Positions 31,207-38,903 of a stretch of 64,000 nucleotides of DNA are shown here, one piece after another. The DNA is taken from the NCBI GenBank assembly GCA_902573085.1, contig CACGHY010000002.1:4925-68924 (forward strand), given 5' to 3'. This DNA comes from an uncultured Candidatus Poseidoniales archaeon (GTDB taxonomy: Archaea > Thermoplasmatota > Poseidoniia > Poseidoniales > Thalassarchaeaceae). Each line of letters begins with the position of its first letter. Within the stretch, counting starts at the first letter, position 1. The notes beneath the pieces were generated by a model that was given only the letters and a program-made list of their open reading frames with translations, ran no database searches and was not told the origin of the DNA. A program made the position numbers and the translations under genes.

Positions 31207-32184
31207 GTGTCGGCATTTAGTCCACCAAAGAGATACCCCGTACCGGGAAGGCCGGGACTCTTCTCTTCATACCAATGGCATCCGGGCATGAACGACGATG
31301 TGATATTGAGAGTGTCGAAGTCATCATTGGGTGATTTCGGTTTCTGCCAACAGCAGTCATTCATCAAGAGAGTCCTTGGTATCAAGTCTGAGGAGACTGA
31401 GGCTATGATTCGCGGGTCCAATGTTCATGACTCAATCGAACGCTTCTATCAAGACGTAAGCGTATCTTACGCCGCATCCATGAAGTCATACGGATTGGAG
31501 AACGTCGAGAAGTATTTCATGGAGTTTGTTGGTGAGGGCGATCCGAAGCGCGGTCCCTATGAATTGGATGAGGAACAGCACTTGACGAAATACATGAAAC
31601 TTGAAGCAGAGCGATTCATGAATTGTGCTGACCCTCACTTCTTCCTTCCGATTGGCAATGAGGTAAGTCTGGACGCGGTAGTCACCATAGAGGGACAGTT
31701 AGTTCACCTCACAGGAATCGTGGACAGGTTGTTCGCTGATGCCGAGGGAATACCTCATGTTCATGAGTTGAAGACAGGTATGTGGAAAGACCACAAGCCC
31801 TCAAAGTGGAGTAACATGAGAGAGGAGATGGCATACTATGTCATGCTCTTGAAAGAATGCGACCATGAGGTTCTGGGTGGTCTGGAGTGCGAGCGATGGG
31901 GGTGGGACCACACAGGAGGCTATGCGTCTAAGGAGGGCGAGGAGCCGGACGCGGTGTGGCGTGGTGTGGAGGATGTCCGGCAGAAGGACATGGACTCCAT
32001 GATGGATAAATTGAGATTACTGGTGCGGACGTATAATCAATACAAGGGCGATTTAGATGGTAGGGCCTTTGCATTGATTGATTTCTGGAGAGCGCAGGAG
32101 GTCATTTGTGAACCTTGGTGCGATCTTAAGGGATATTGTCCTCGCTATGAGAAGATTCTATGGCCCTACCCTCAAGAGGGCTAG
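31207..32184 (+). CDS. Cas4/RecB-family PD-(D/E)xK nuclease with Cys cluster (325 aa)
   Basis: GIVDRLF...HVHELKTG gives the D...ExK core. An N-terminal Cys (GFCQQQ) and the C-terminal CEPWCDLKGYCPRY form a four-Cys Fe-S-type arrangement. Confidence 0.6.
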   Translation: MSAFSPPKRYPVPGRPGLFSSYQWHPGMNDDVILRVSKSSLGDFGFCQQQSFIKRVLGIKSEETEAMIRGSNVHDSIERFYQDVSVSYAASMKSYGLENVEKYFMEFVGEGDPKRGPYELDEEQHLTKYMKLEAERFMNCADPHFFLPIGNEVSLDAVVTIEGQLVHLTGIVDRLFADAEGIPHVHELKTGMWKDHKPSKWSNMREEMAYYVMLLKECDHEVLGGLECERWGWDHTGGYASKEGEEPDAVWRGVEDVRQKDMDSMMDKLRLLVRTYNQYKGDLDGRAFALIDFWRAQEVICEPWCDLKGYCPRYEKILWPYPQEG

Positions 32185-32186
32185 GT

Positions 32187-33281
32187 ATGTCGCACTTGTT
32201 TGCGGACTTCCCACGCGAAGTAAACATGAGGACGAGGAAGGTCGTCCGCAACATGGCAGAGTTGCAGAGGTACATAGACAGCATGAACGGGAGGGATAAC
32301 CTGACCACGACAGTATATGGGTTCCGTCATTTGAAGACCAAGGGCAACCGATGCGAATACTCAACGGCAATCGTGCCACACTTTGTCATCGACCTTGACA
32401 AAGGCAGGGCAGAGGAGGTGTTGCCAGAGGGGACCGAGGACGAATGGGGAGAGAGATGCACCCGTGACACCCTGACACTTACAGAGCATCTCAAGAAGGA
32501 AGACATACGTCATGCGACATGGTACTCTGGCGGTGGATTCCACATCTGGGTCATGCTATCTGAGATACACACGTTGCCACCGGACGAGTTGGCTAACCTA
32601 CTATTCTCTGGAAGGGTCATTATCAACAAGTGGATTAAGAACATGGATTTGGTCACAATCGATCCTGTCGTATCATTCAGACCCGATAGGCATATCAGAA
32701 TCCCAAATTCATACAATTTCAAAAGGAAGAAGTGGTCTATACCAGTCTCCACCAAGGATTTGCAAGATGGTTGGACAACAATCAGCGACAAGGCAGAAAC
32801 GCAATCAGGTGGCATGAGGGCATACGGCAAGAATGGCTTGGAAATCGAGATTGTCAGTCATGACCCAAACATGACAGGACTGACAGGATTGTTTCAAAAG
32901 TTCGACGCGGCGGAAATTGGGGTGTCGGCAAGGAACCTAAATGGTGTTCCTATTCTCCCATGCCTTGACGCCGCCTGTTGCACCAAGGGGAGCAACCCAC
33001 CACACAAACCACGATCATACCTCATGATGTACCTCATGGACTACAAGAGGGACTTTGCTAGACCGCCACATGAGAGCAAGGTTGGCAATGCAGAGGTAGT
33101 CCAATGGACTCATGAAGTGATAGCAGGTTTGGAGTGGGCAGATTACAACCCAAAGATTACTCAGCAGATGCTCGTTCATGGTGCAAGCAAGCATTACCTA
33201 ACGCCTTCCTGTGCGAGGATATATAGCGAAGGACTTTGCCTTGGCAAATGCCCCATGTTCGATGGCAAGGGAGTGGAATGA
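32187..33281 (+). CDS. Archaeo-eukaryotic primase (AEP, PriS-like), about 364 aa
   Basis: Motif I HFVIDLDKG (DxD), motif II YSGGGFHIWV, motif III DRHIRIPNSYNFKRK. Track ORF 32160..33281; I chose the ATG at 32187, 2 nt after the upstream stop. Confidence 0.7.
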   Translation: MSHLFADFPREVNMRTRKVVRNMAELQRYIDSMNGRDNLTTTVYGFRHLKTKGNRCEYSTAIVPHFVIDLDKGRAEEVLPEGTEDEWGERCTRDTLTLTEHLKKEDIRHATWYSGGGFHIWVMLSEIHTLPPDELANLLFSGRVIINKWIKNMDLVTIDPVVSFRPDRHIRIPNSYNFKRKKWSIPVSTKDLQDGWTTISDKAETQSGGMRAYGKNGLEIEIVSHDPNMTGLTGLFQKFDAAEIGVSARNLNGVPILPCLDAACCTKGSNPPHKPRSYLMMYLMDYKRDFARPPHESKVGNAEVVQWTHEVIAGLEWADYNPKITQQMLVHGASKHYLTPSCARIYSEGLCLGKCPMFDGKGVE

Positions 33282-33410
33282 ATGAGTGAAGAAATGGAGA
33301 AGTGGAGTCAAGCACACTTTGGCGAGTTGGCGTTGTATCGAACCATCGCTACCACAATTAACATGATAATTTCAACATTGGTACTAGCAAAACTATTCGG
33401 GTGGATATAA
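33282..33410 (+). CDS. 42-aa hydrophobic micro-protein (below the track cut-off)
   Basis: MSEEMEKWSQAHFGELALYRTIATTINMIISTLVLAKLFGWI. The ATG directly follows the primase stop, and its own stop overlaps the next ATG (TAATG). Confidence 0.4.
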   Translation: MSEEMEKWSQAHFGELALYRTIATTINMIISTLVLAKLFGWI

Positions 33411-33682
33411 TGAGTGAAGACAAAGACATAGATGAGATAAGAAGAGAGAAAGCGGCGAAATTACTGGCCGCGTTTGACAGCGAAGATCCAGAACAAGCAG
33501 AGGCAATACGAGAAGCGATGCCGTGGTCGATAGCGGTACATAAGGACAGGCCCACAGATTTTGAGGTAAGATTGGAAGGTAAGGTGATAGCACTCACTCA
33601 AAGTGAGGAATGGGCGCAGTTGGTTGTTGAGTTGATGAATAGGCTCTTACTTGCGGAACAAGCAGGGGTCGGTTGGCCGTGA
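33410..33682 (+). CDS. Hypothetical acidic protein (90 aa)
   Basis: Track ORF 33401..33682 starts at GTG. I chose the in-frame ATG at 33410. Confidence 0.5.
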   Translation: MSEDKDIDEIRREKAAKLLAAFDSEDPEQAEAIREAMPWSIAVHKDRPTDFEVRLEGKVIALTQSEEWAQLVVELMNRLLLAEQAGVGWP

Positions 33683-34383
33683 CCAAGGTTCTCTATATTG
33701 ACAATCGTGAACGCTCAGGCCTTGAGGATCTCGTCAAGAAGTATTGCGATAAGAAGGGACTCTCCTATGTAATCAACCAGAACATGATTACTGACTACGC
33801 ATTTGCAAGTGTGGGCATCGAGGCAAAGAGCATATCTGATTACATGAGCAGTCTGTATTCGGGTCACTTGGAGAGGCAATTGCAGAATCTTGATGATAAC
33901 TACAACCAATTTGCCTTGGTGGTGTGGGGGTCGCTAGACCAATACATAACGAAGGCGAGGAGAGGTGGTCGGAAGACGAGTTACCCCAAGGTGTTCGGCT
34001 CGTTCTATGGGTCGATAGCGAGATTCCACAATGACTACGATGCCAGTATCCTAATCATGCCCGACAGATCATCAGCCGCTCGATTCATCTGCAAGCGTTT
34101 TGAGAAGCATGGCTCACTCAGCGCACCCACGACGTACCGTCTGCTTCGCAAGACGGCATCAGAGGACAGGAGGATAGACATCCTCAGAGCCGCAGGATGT
34201 AGCGAGGCAATAGCCAAGCGACTTCTTGCTACCTTCGGCTCAATCTCAGAAATCACATCATGTTCTCCGAAGGAATTACAAGCGGCGGAGGGTGTTGGCA
34301 AAATCCGCGCCAACCGAATCCTGCTCTGTCTCAACAGCGAGGAGCCGGTTGCCGATGAGAAAGTGAAGATGAAGAGGGCTTGA
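33673..34383 (+). CDS. XPF/Mus81-family ERCC4 nuclease with C-terminal (HhH)2 domain (236 aa)
   Basis: VLYIDNRERSG ... ITDYAFASVGIEAKSISDYMSSLYSGHLERQLQNL fits the ERCC4 pattern D.RE / GDY / E-x-K..D..S...G.L..Q. The C-terminal ILRAAGCSEAIAKRLLATFGSISEI...LQAAEGVGKIRANRIL is a tandem helix-hairpin-helix. Confidence 0.65.
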   Translation: MAVTKVLYIDNRERSGLEDLVKKYCDKKGLSYVINQNMITDYAFASVGIEAKSISDYMSSLYSGHLERQLQNLDDNYNQFALVVWGSLDQYITKARRGGRKTSYPKVFGSFYGSIARFHNDYDASILIMPDRSSAARFICKRFEKHGSLSAPTTYRLLRKTASEDRRIDILRAAGCSEAIAKRLLATFGSISEITSCSPKELQAAEGVGKIRANRILLCLNSEEPVADEKVKMKRA

Positions 34384-34384
34384 A

Positions 34385-35833
34385 ATGATAGAGAGGGGGT
34401 TGGCTTCGACAAGAAGAGAGTGGAATGATTACAGCGTGGTAAACTCTCCCTATGAGGGCAGTAACAAACTCAGGCAGTACGTCGAGAGGTTCGACACTCT
34501 CTCTTTCTTCAACCAGTATGCAGGTATGCTCTCTTACTTTTACATCCTTGGACAGATGCTCGCTCCATATGTGAGGATACCAATACACGGTGCTTACATC
34601 GACTCCCGACTTCATGTCTTCTGGATACAGGCCTCAAGATCGGGGAAGTCGATAGCATACGAATTCACAGCCAAGATATTGAAGTTGTGCGGCATAGAGA
34701 GCGAGAAGTTTAGTGCGGGGTCAGACTCTAAGTTGATTGGTTCCGTAATCGAGACTCCGAAAGTGGATGAGGATGGGAAGAGAGTGGGAGGGGTTGATTT
34801 TGAAGTGGTTCCCGGTCTTCTGAATGGCTACAAGACTCTGCTGTTCGATGAGGGTAGCATACTCCTTGATGATTCCAAATCGTATTTCAGCCAGAAGATT
34901 CTATTCTTGCAACAGGCCATGGCTCCCATCGGTAGCGAAACCAACGTGCTTGTGAATCACTTGAAGGGAGCGTCGATATACACGCCATCTGGTATCTCTC
35001 TATGGGCTACTACCTTCCCACCAAAGGACATCATGCACCACGTCCTTGAGAAAGGGTTCTTCCAGAGAGTGTTTCTGTACCAGAACGATGTCAATCTTGA
35101 GACACGGCAGACCACTAGCGAGCATCGAATGTCTGGTGTCTATGTTCCGGTTCCCGAACAGGTCTGGTCGTATGAGGAAATATCCAATTGGATTGTCGGC
35201 ATGAGAGATGATGTTAGGGACAGGCTGTTCACCGTAGCAGGAATAGACCAAGACCAATGGGATTCAATGTCTGAGGAGCAGAGAGAGGAGGTCGCTGTGA
35301 ATCACAGCCATATGCTATTCTCGATAGGGCCTAACTACCACGCCGCTCTGTTAAGTGCGGTTGATGATTACTATGATCTTGTCAAGACTGTATCGGACGG
35401 TAACGTGAGAGAGACTGCAATATCCTTCTTGCCGAACGTCGAGAATTACACTATCATATTCAGCAACATGATTGCCGCTACCATGGGGACCAATGTGATT
35501 ACTGCTGAACACATCTCCATGGCGTCAGAAATAATCTATGACAATCTTCACAATCTAATCATATGGTTGGAGCAGAAGCGAGACTACAAGGCATCTAGGG
35601 AAAGACAGGCTGATGTCAGAGCATGGAAACAGGCGTTCGCGGGTTGTAAGAGACAAGTCCACGATCGCACCAAGAAGGAGGTTGTGAGAAAGACTGAGTT
35701 ACAGGCTAGATATGCCGCGCTCAATGCTGTAAGCGTCAAGACCGCCGAAAGGAGACTAAGCAAACTCATCGAGAACAAACTGTCGGTCATGGTTAAGGAA
35801 GGGAGAAACGTGTACGTTTCCTTGGAGGTCTGA
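34385..35833 (+). CDS. Divergent AAA+ ATPase, MCM-like/Mg-chelatase-like core; candidate replicative helicase (482 aa)
   Basis: Walker A WIQASRSGKSIA. Walker B TLLFDEGSIL. The motif order (FSAGSDSKLIGSV, VPGLLNGY, LQQAMAPIGSETNVLVNHLKGASIYTPSGISLWATTFP) parallels the MCM AAA+ core. By eye only. Confidence 0.4.
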   Translation: MIERGLASTRREWNDYSVVNSPYEGSNKLRQYVERFDTLSFFNQYAGMLSYFYILGQMLAPYVRIPIHGAYIDSRLHVFWIQASRSGKSIAYEFTAKILKLCGIESEKFSAGSDSKLIGSVIETPKVDEDGKRVGGVDFEVVPGLLNGYKTLLFDEGSILLDDSKSYFSQKILFLQQAMAPIGSETNVLVNHLKGASIYTPSGISLWATTFPPKDIMHHVLEKGFFQRVFLYQNDVNLETRQTTSEHRMSGVYVPVPEQVWSYEEISNWIVGMRDDVRDRLFTVAGIDQDQWDSMSEEQREEVAVNHSHMLFSIGPNYHAALLSAVDDYYDLVKTVSDGNVRETAISFLPNVENYTIIFSNMIAATMGTNVITAEHISMASEIIYDNLHNLIIWLEQKRDYKASRERQADVRAWKQAFAGCKRQVHDRTKKEVVRKTELQARYAALNAVSVKTAERRLSKLIENKLSVMVKEGRNVYVSLEV

Positions 35834-35835
35834 TT

Positions 35836-36513
35836 ATGTCATTGTATGATTGGATGACAGTAAACAAAGTGATTGCCTATCGGGTCTTTTCTTCCACCGA
35901 TGCTAGTGATTTGCCAGAGGGATGGCAGAAACCCAGAGAGTTCTCATTGGACGCCGCCGCTTTCTTTGATGGGAAAACGATGTCGATATTTACCGATTTG
36001 ACTGGTCGAATTCTGATTAATAAGAAGAAGACAATAACACTCCCGCTTAAGGAATTGCAGAGTTGGTTGGACAATAGGATTGATTCAAGTGTAACACTTG
36101 TCGGTTATGGCAACGAAAAATTCGATCATGCCTTGCTAACTCATAAGCATAATGTGAAAGGCAACCCTGTCGATTTCAGCGAGATAGTCAGCGAAGCATC
36201 GAAACTTCACTATGGGGATTATCCTCGTAGGTACGACCTGCGAAACCTATCCACTCTGAATCGCAAGAAGCAGACAGCCATCGCTCATCTCTCATTCATG
36301 CTCAAACCCATTGCGTTGATTTCCGAGTGGCAGAGAGGAATGATGCGTAACGTGTTGAGAGTCTTGGCCGCAGAGGTCGAGTTGATTGCCGGTTTATACA
36401 AACACATGATGGTGAAGGAGGAAATCAGGATAACCGATGAGAGGACTGAGCGTCCTGTCACCATACCATGTCAGTTTGTCCGATCGAATACTTTCGCGTT
36501 TGAGGAGGAGTGA
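35836..36513 (+). CDS. Hypothetical protein (225 aa) with a DnaQ-like ExoII-type motif; ends FEEE
   Basis: LVGYGNEKFDHALL resembles the DEDD ExoII motif, but the expected ExoI DxE is not evident (FSLDAAAFF). The function call is weak. Confidence 0.5.
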   Translation: MSLYDWMTVNKVIAYRVFSSTDASDLPEGWQKPREFSLDAAAFFDGKTMSIFTDLTGRILINKKKTITLPLKELQSWLDNRIDSSVTLVGYGNEKFDHALLTHKHNVKGNPVDFSEIVSEASKLHYGDYPRRYDLRNLSTLNRKKQTAIAHLSFMLKPIALISEWQRGMMRNVLRVLAAEVELIAGLYKHMMVKEEIRITDERTERPVTIPCQFVRSNTFAFEEE

Positions 36514-36514
36514 C

Positions 36515-36655
36515 ATGACTTGGACTTGTGACAATCCGAGATGCAAGAAAGTGATGAGGGGCTTTAGGAATGGTCGAACCCATTGTCACATCTGCCGCAG
36601 AGTCCGCCAGAGGCAGATAGAAAATAAGACATGGAACGGTAAGCCTATCGCTTAG
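36515..36655 (+). CDS. 46-aa zinc-ribbon protein; last plus-strand gene
   Basis: MTWTCDNPRCKKVMRGFRNGRTHCHICRRVRQRQ. The ATG lies 1 nt after the upstream stop, preceded by GAGGAGGAGTGA. The 3' end overlaps the convergent gene 36645..37226 by 11 nt. Confidence 0.45.
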   Translation: MTWTCDNPRCKKVMRGFRNGRTHCHICRRVRQRQIENKTWNGKPIA

Positions 36656-37226
36656 TCTCGGCTCTTGAGCCACCCGCGCCTAGTTGTCTTCTCATCTTGG
36701 GTCGGACGTTGCCACGCTTCTTGTTTCGACTGTATATCTGGCGCGTTCTCCTTCGTTGAATCTTTCTGCTCTGGTTGTGCGTCTTTGCTTTGGCTTGCCT
36801 CTCTGCTCGCCCGCTAATGGTGTTCCTTGAGTAGCCTCTGAACTTGCCTTTTGTGATGGAATCCCATACGACATCAAACATCTCATTGCTATTCAAAATC
36901 TCATCACCCCCATACGCCACATCTTGTGCCGACGGAGGAGTGTAAGGTTCTCTTAATTGTCCTTCTCTTCTAAGAGCCGCAAGTCCATGCCTACGAGTGC
37001 ATCTTCCACACAGCATCTGTTCCATAGATCTTGTGCTTCCTAACCTGTGCCTCAACTTGTTGTCACAATTGCGATTGGAACAAGGAGTCTTTTCATCGGA
37101 TTCAACCCTGACTCCGGCTATTGCCTCTGGCCTCAGAGAGGCTCCCTGTCGTAATCTTATTTGAGAGTGGATGCCCTCTGGGTTTCCGGCTTTGCTATGT
37201 CCCGGTTTTTTTGCCTTTAACATCAC
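36645..37226 (-). CDS. Zinc-ribbon protein with an extremely basic C-terminal tail (193 aa); last gene of the structural operon
   Basis: CSNRNCDNKL...CGRCTRRH. The C-terminal 78 aa start MFDVVWDSITKG (leader-like) and are Arg/Lys-rich (QRRRTRQIYSRNKKRGNVRPKMRRQ). ATGA overlap with the upstream gene. Confidence 0.55.
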   Translation of the reverse strand: MMLKAKKPGHSKAGNPEGIHSQIRLRQGASLRPEAIAGVRVESDEKTPCSNRNCDNKLRHRLGSTRSMEQMLCGRCTRRHGLAALRREGQLREPYTPPSAQDVAYGGDEILNSNEMFDVVWDSITKGKFRGYSRNTISGRAERQAKAKTHNQSRKIQRRRTRQIYSRNKKRGNVRPKMRRQLGAGGSRAETKR

Positions 37227-37405
37227 GCTTCCACCTTCAACCTTGGCTTCGCCTTCTTCCAGACATCACCACACAGGGGACATTCCCATAGAAAGATTCT
37301 GTCTCTCGATCCGGCATAGAAGCCATTGATTCTTATTGCTAACACACGGTTCTCACACTTGGGACAGTCTTGACTTATCTTGTCACGGTAATGGTTAGTC
37401 TTCAT
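37223..37405 (-). CDS. 60-aa zinc-ribbon protein
   Basis: CPKCENRV...CPLCGDVW. Overlaps both neighbours by 4 nt. Confidence 0.55.
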   Translation of the reverse strand: MKTNHYRDKISQDCPKCENRVLAIRINGFYAGSRDRIFLWECPLCGDVWKKAKPRLKVEA

Positions 37406-38490
37406 CCAGTATGCCCCGCATGAACATAGGAGATTCTAACATGAGTCGGTGTGCCTGTGTATCCAAGAGAACCATTGACGGTCACTACGTTTGCAGATAT
37501 GGTGTAGTCTAGCCCTTGTATGAGGGTGGCGATGAAACGTGGTGTTCCCGACTTATACATCGCGACCTCGATAAGTTTGGTTGATGCCTCATCCTGAGAA
37601 CCGAGAGGGCTGTATTCCAATGTGAAGTTCTTCTGCGCTCCTGTGTATGTTCCTGTCAGTATGGATGTCCTGTGTGTCGGCGTTATCTGGTATGCCCCAC
37701 CTGCCCCTGCTTGGTTGATTCTCTGATCGGACTGATAGAACAGATGTGTGCCGCCGCTACCGTCAGGATGGTCGCCAAGTCCCGCAGGGTCACGGGCGAA
37801 GATGAATCCTAAGTCAGTAACAGGTAGGTTGGCTGTATTGTCCCCGGAGATGAAATTGTTCGCGGGCATTGCCGCGTTACCTGATGCGTTCACCAATGCA
37901 GAGACTGGTATTGGTCCCGGCCTGACGAAAACTCTCTTGTCTTCAAGAGATGCAATTCTCACCTCGTTGCCCGCATAGTGCAGACGTGCTGATGCGAGGA
38001 CGATGGTCTGGCGGGCGAGGTGGGCGGAGGGGGATTGGGGGTAGGCCCCACTCGACGTGTCTATGGCGTTCCCATACACGAAGCCTATGTTCCCCGTGAG
38101 GGTGGGATCGAAATACACCAAGAGGATTCTCTCGTGGTTGGCGGAGAGGGTGGGGGCCGTGCTACTGTTGTATGTGGCATACTGAGCCGTGACCGTGGCG
38201 GCATTGAGAGTCTGCGAGCCTATGGAATAGAACATACCATCGACGAGGATGGTCCCTGCCGCAATGACGATGGACTGGTTGCCTGATGTGGAGCAAGCGC
38301 AGTTGCCAGTCTGGGATGCGTTGCGCGAGCCTGAGTTGTAGTCGTTGCTGACGATAGGCACGACACCGTTCATGAGTCCGCGCTCGTTGAAGTTGGTCAG
38401 GGTGGGACTGGCTAGGACATCCGTATCCCTCAGTCCGTCCGTCTGGTATGACTGGTTGGCTGTCTCATGCCCTTGCCCTAGCCCTGCCAT
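37402..38490 (-). CDS. Tail-module structural protein, function unknown (362 aa)
   Basis: Track ORF with a strong SD (AGGAGGTG) 6 nt upstream of the ATG. The Gly/Ser/Thr/Asn/Ala-rich composition is typical of fibre or baseplate proteins. Confidence 0.6.
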   Translation of the reverse strand: MAGLGQGHETANQSYQTDGLRDTDVLASPTLTNFNERGLMNGVVPIVSNDYNSGSRNASQTGNCACSTSGNQSIVIAAGTILVDGMFYSIGSQTLNAATVTAQYATYNSSTAPTLSANHERILLVYFDPTLTGNIGFVYGNAIDTSSGAYPQSPSAHLARQTIVLASARLHYAGNEVRIASLEDKRVFVRPGPIPVSALVNASGNAAMPANNFISGDNTANLPVTDLGFIFARDPAGLGDHPDGSGGTHLFYQSDQRINQAGAGGAYQITPTHRTSILTGTYTGAQKNFTLEYSPLGSQDEASTKLIEVAMYKSGTPRFIATLIQGLDYTISANVVTVNGSLGYTGTPTHVRISYVHAGHTG

Positions 38491-38501
38491 CAGTCACACC
38501 T

Positions 38502-38524
38502 CCTGTCAGGACTGACAGGTTTTT
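38502..38524. promoter_or_regulatory. Perfect 8-bp inverted repeat CCTGTCAG-GA-CTGACAGG followed by T5 (top strand), between two minus-strand structural genes
   Basis: 38502-38509 pairs with 38512-38519, and TTTTT lies at 38520-38524. On the coding (minus) strand the hairpin sits immediately 5' of the AGGAGGTG SD of 37402..38490. Confidence 0.3.
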
Positions 38525-38558
38525 CCTGAGATTTGGGCGGCGGCGAAATTTTTGACAT

Positions 38559-38903
38559 TCAACGCACCTCCATCAGGACATCCACGCGAACCTCGTTCGT
38601 GCTGTTCTTGTCTATGGGTAGGAAGGTGGCTCGGTAGGCAGGAGTGTCTAGTGCGGTATCACCATGCAGGGCCACCTCCTTGATGCTCTGGGAGGATGTC
38701 TGTTGCGTGTCGAAGTTAGCGGAGATTGCGATAGTCCTGTCGTCTATCTTGGTGACTTGGGGGGTGACTGTGATCTGTGGCGTCCCCGCTCCCCCGTCCC
38801 TGCTCGACGCATCCCCTCCGTTGGAACCGAGGGTCATGCGAGTGACTAGACTAGAGAGATGATCGGTCAAAGCGGACTTCAAGGAATCTAGCACCGGCAT
38901 CAT
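38559..38903 (-). CDS. Small tail-module protein (114 aa)
   Basis: Track ORF whose start overlaps the stop of the 2717-aa gene (ATGA-type). Confidence 0.55.
   Translation of the reverse strand: MMPVLDSLKSALTDHLSSLVTRMTLGSNGGDASSRDGGAGTPQITVTPQVTKIDDRTIAISANFDTQQTSSQSIKEVALHGDTALDTPAYRATFLPIDKNSTNEVRVDVLMEVR

Noticed and set aside
36655-36680. Short GGCTC-TT-GAGCC inverted repeat at the convergent junction, considered as a bidirectional terminator
   Set aside because: The stem is only 5 bp with a 2-nt loop, there is no flanking T-run, and it lies inside the 3' coding end of 36645..37226.
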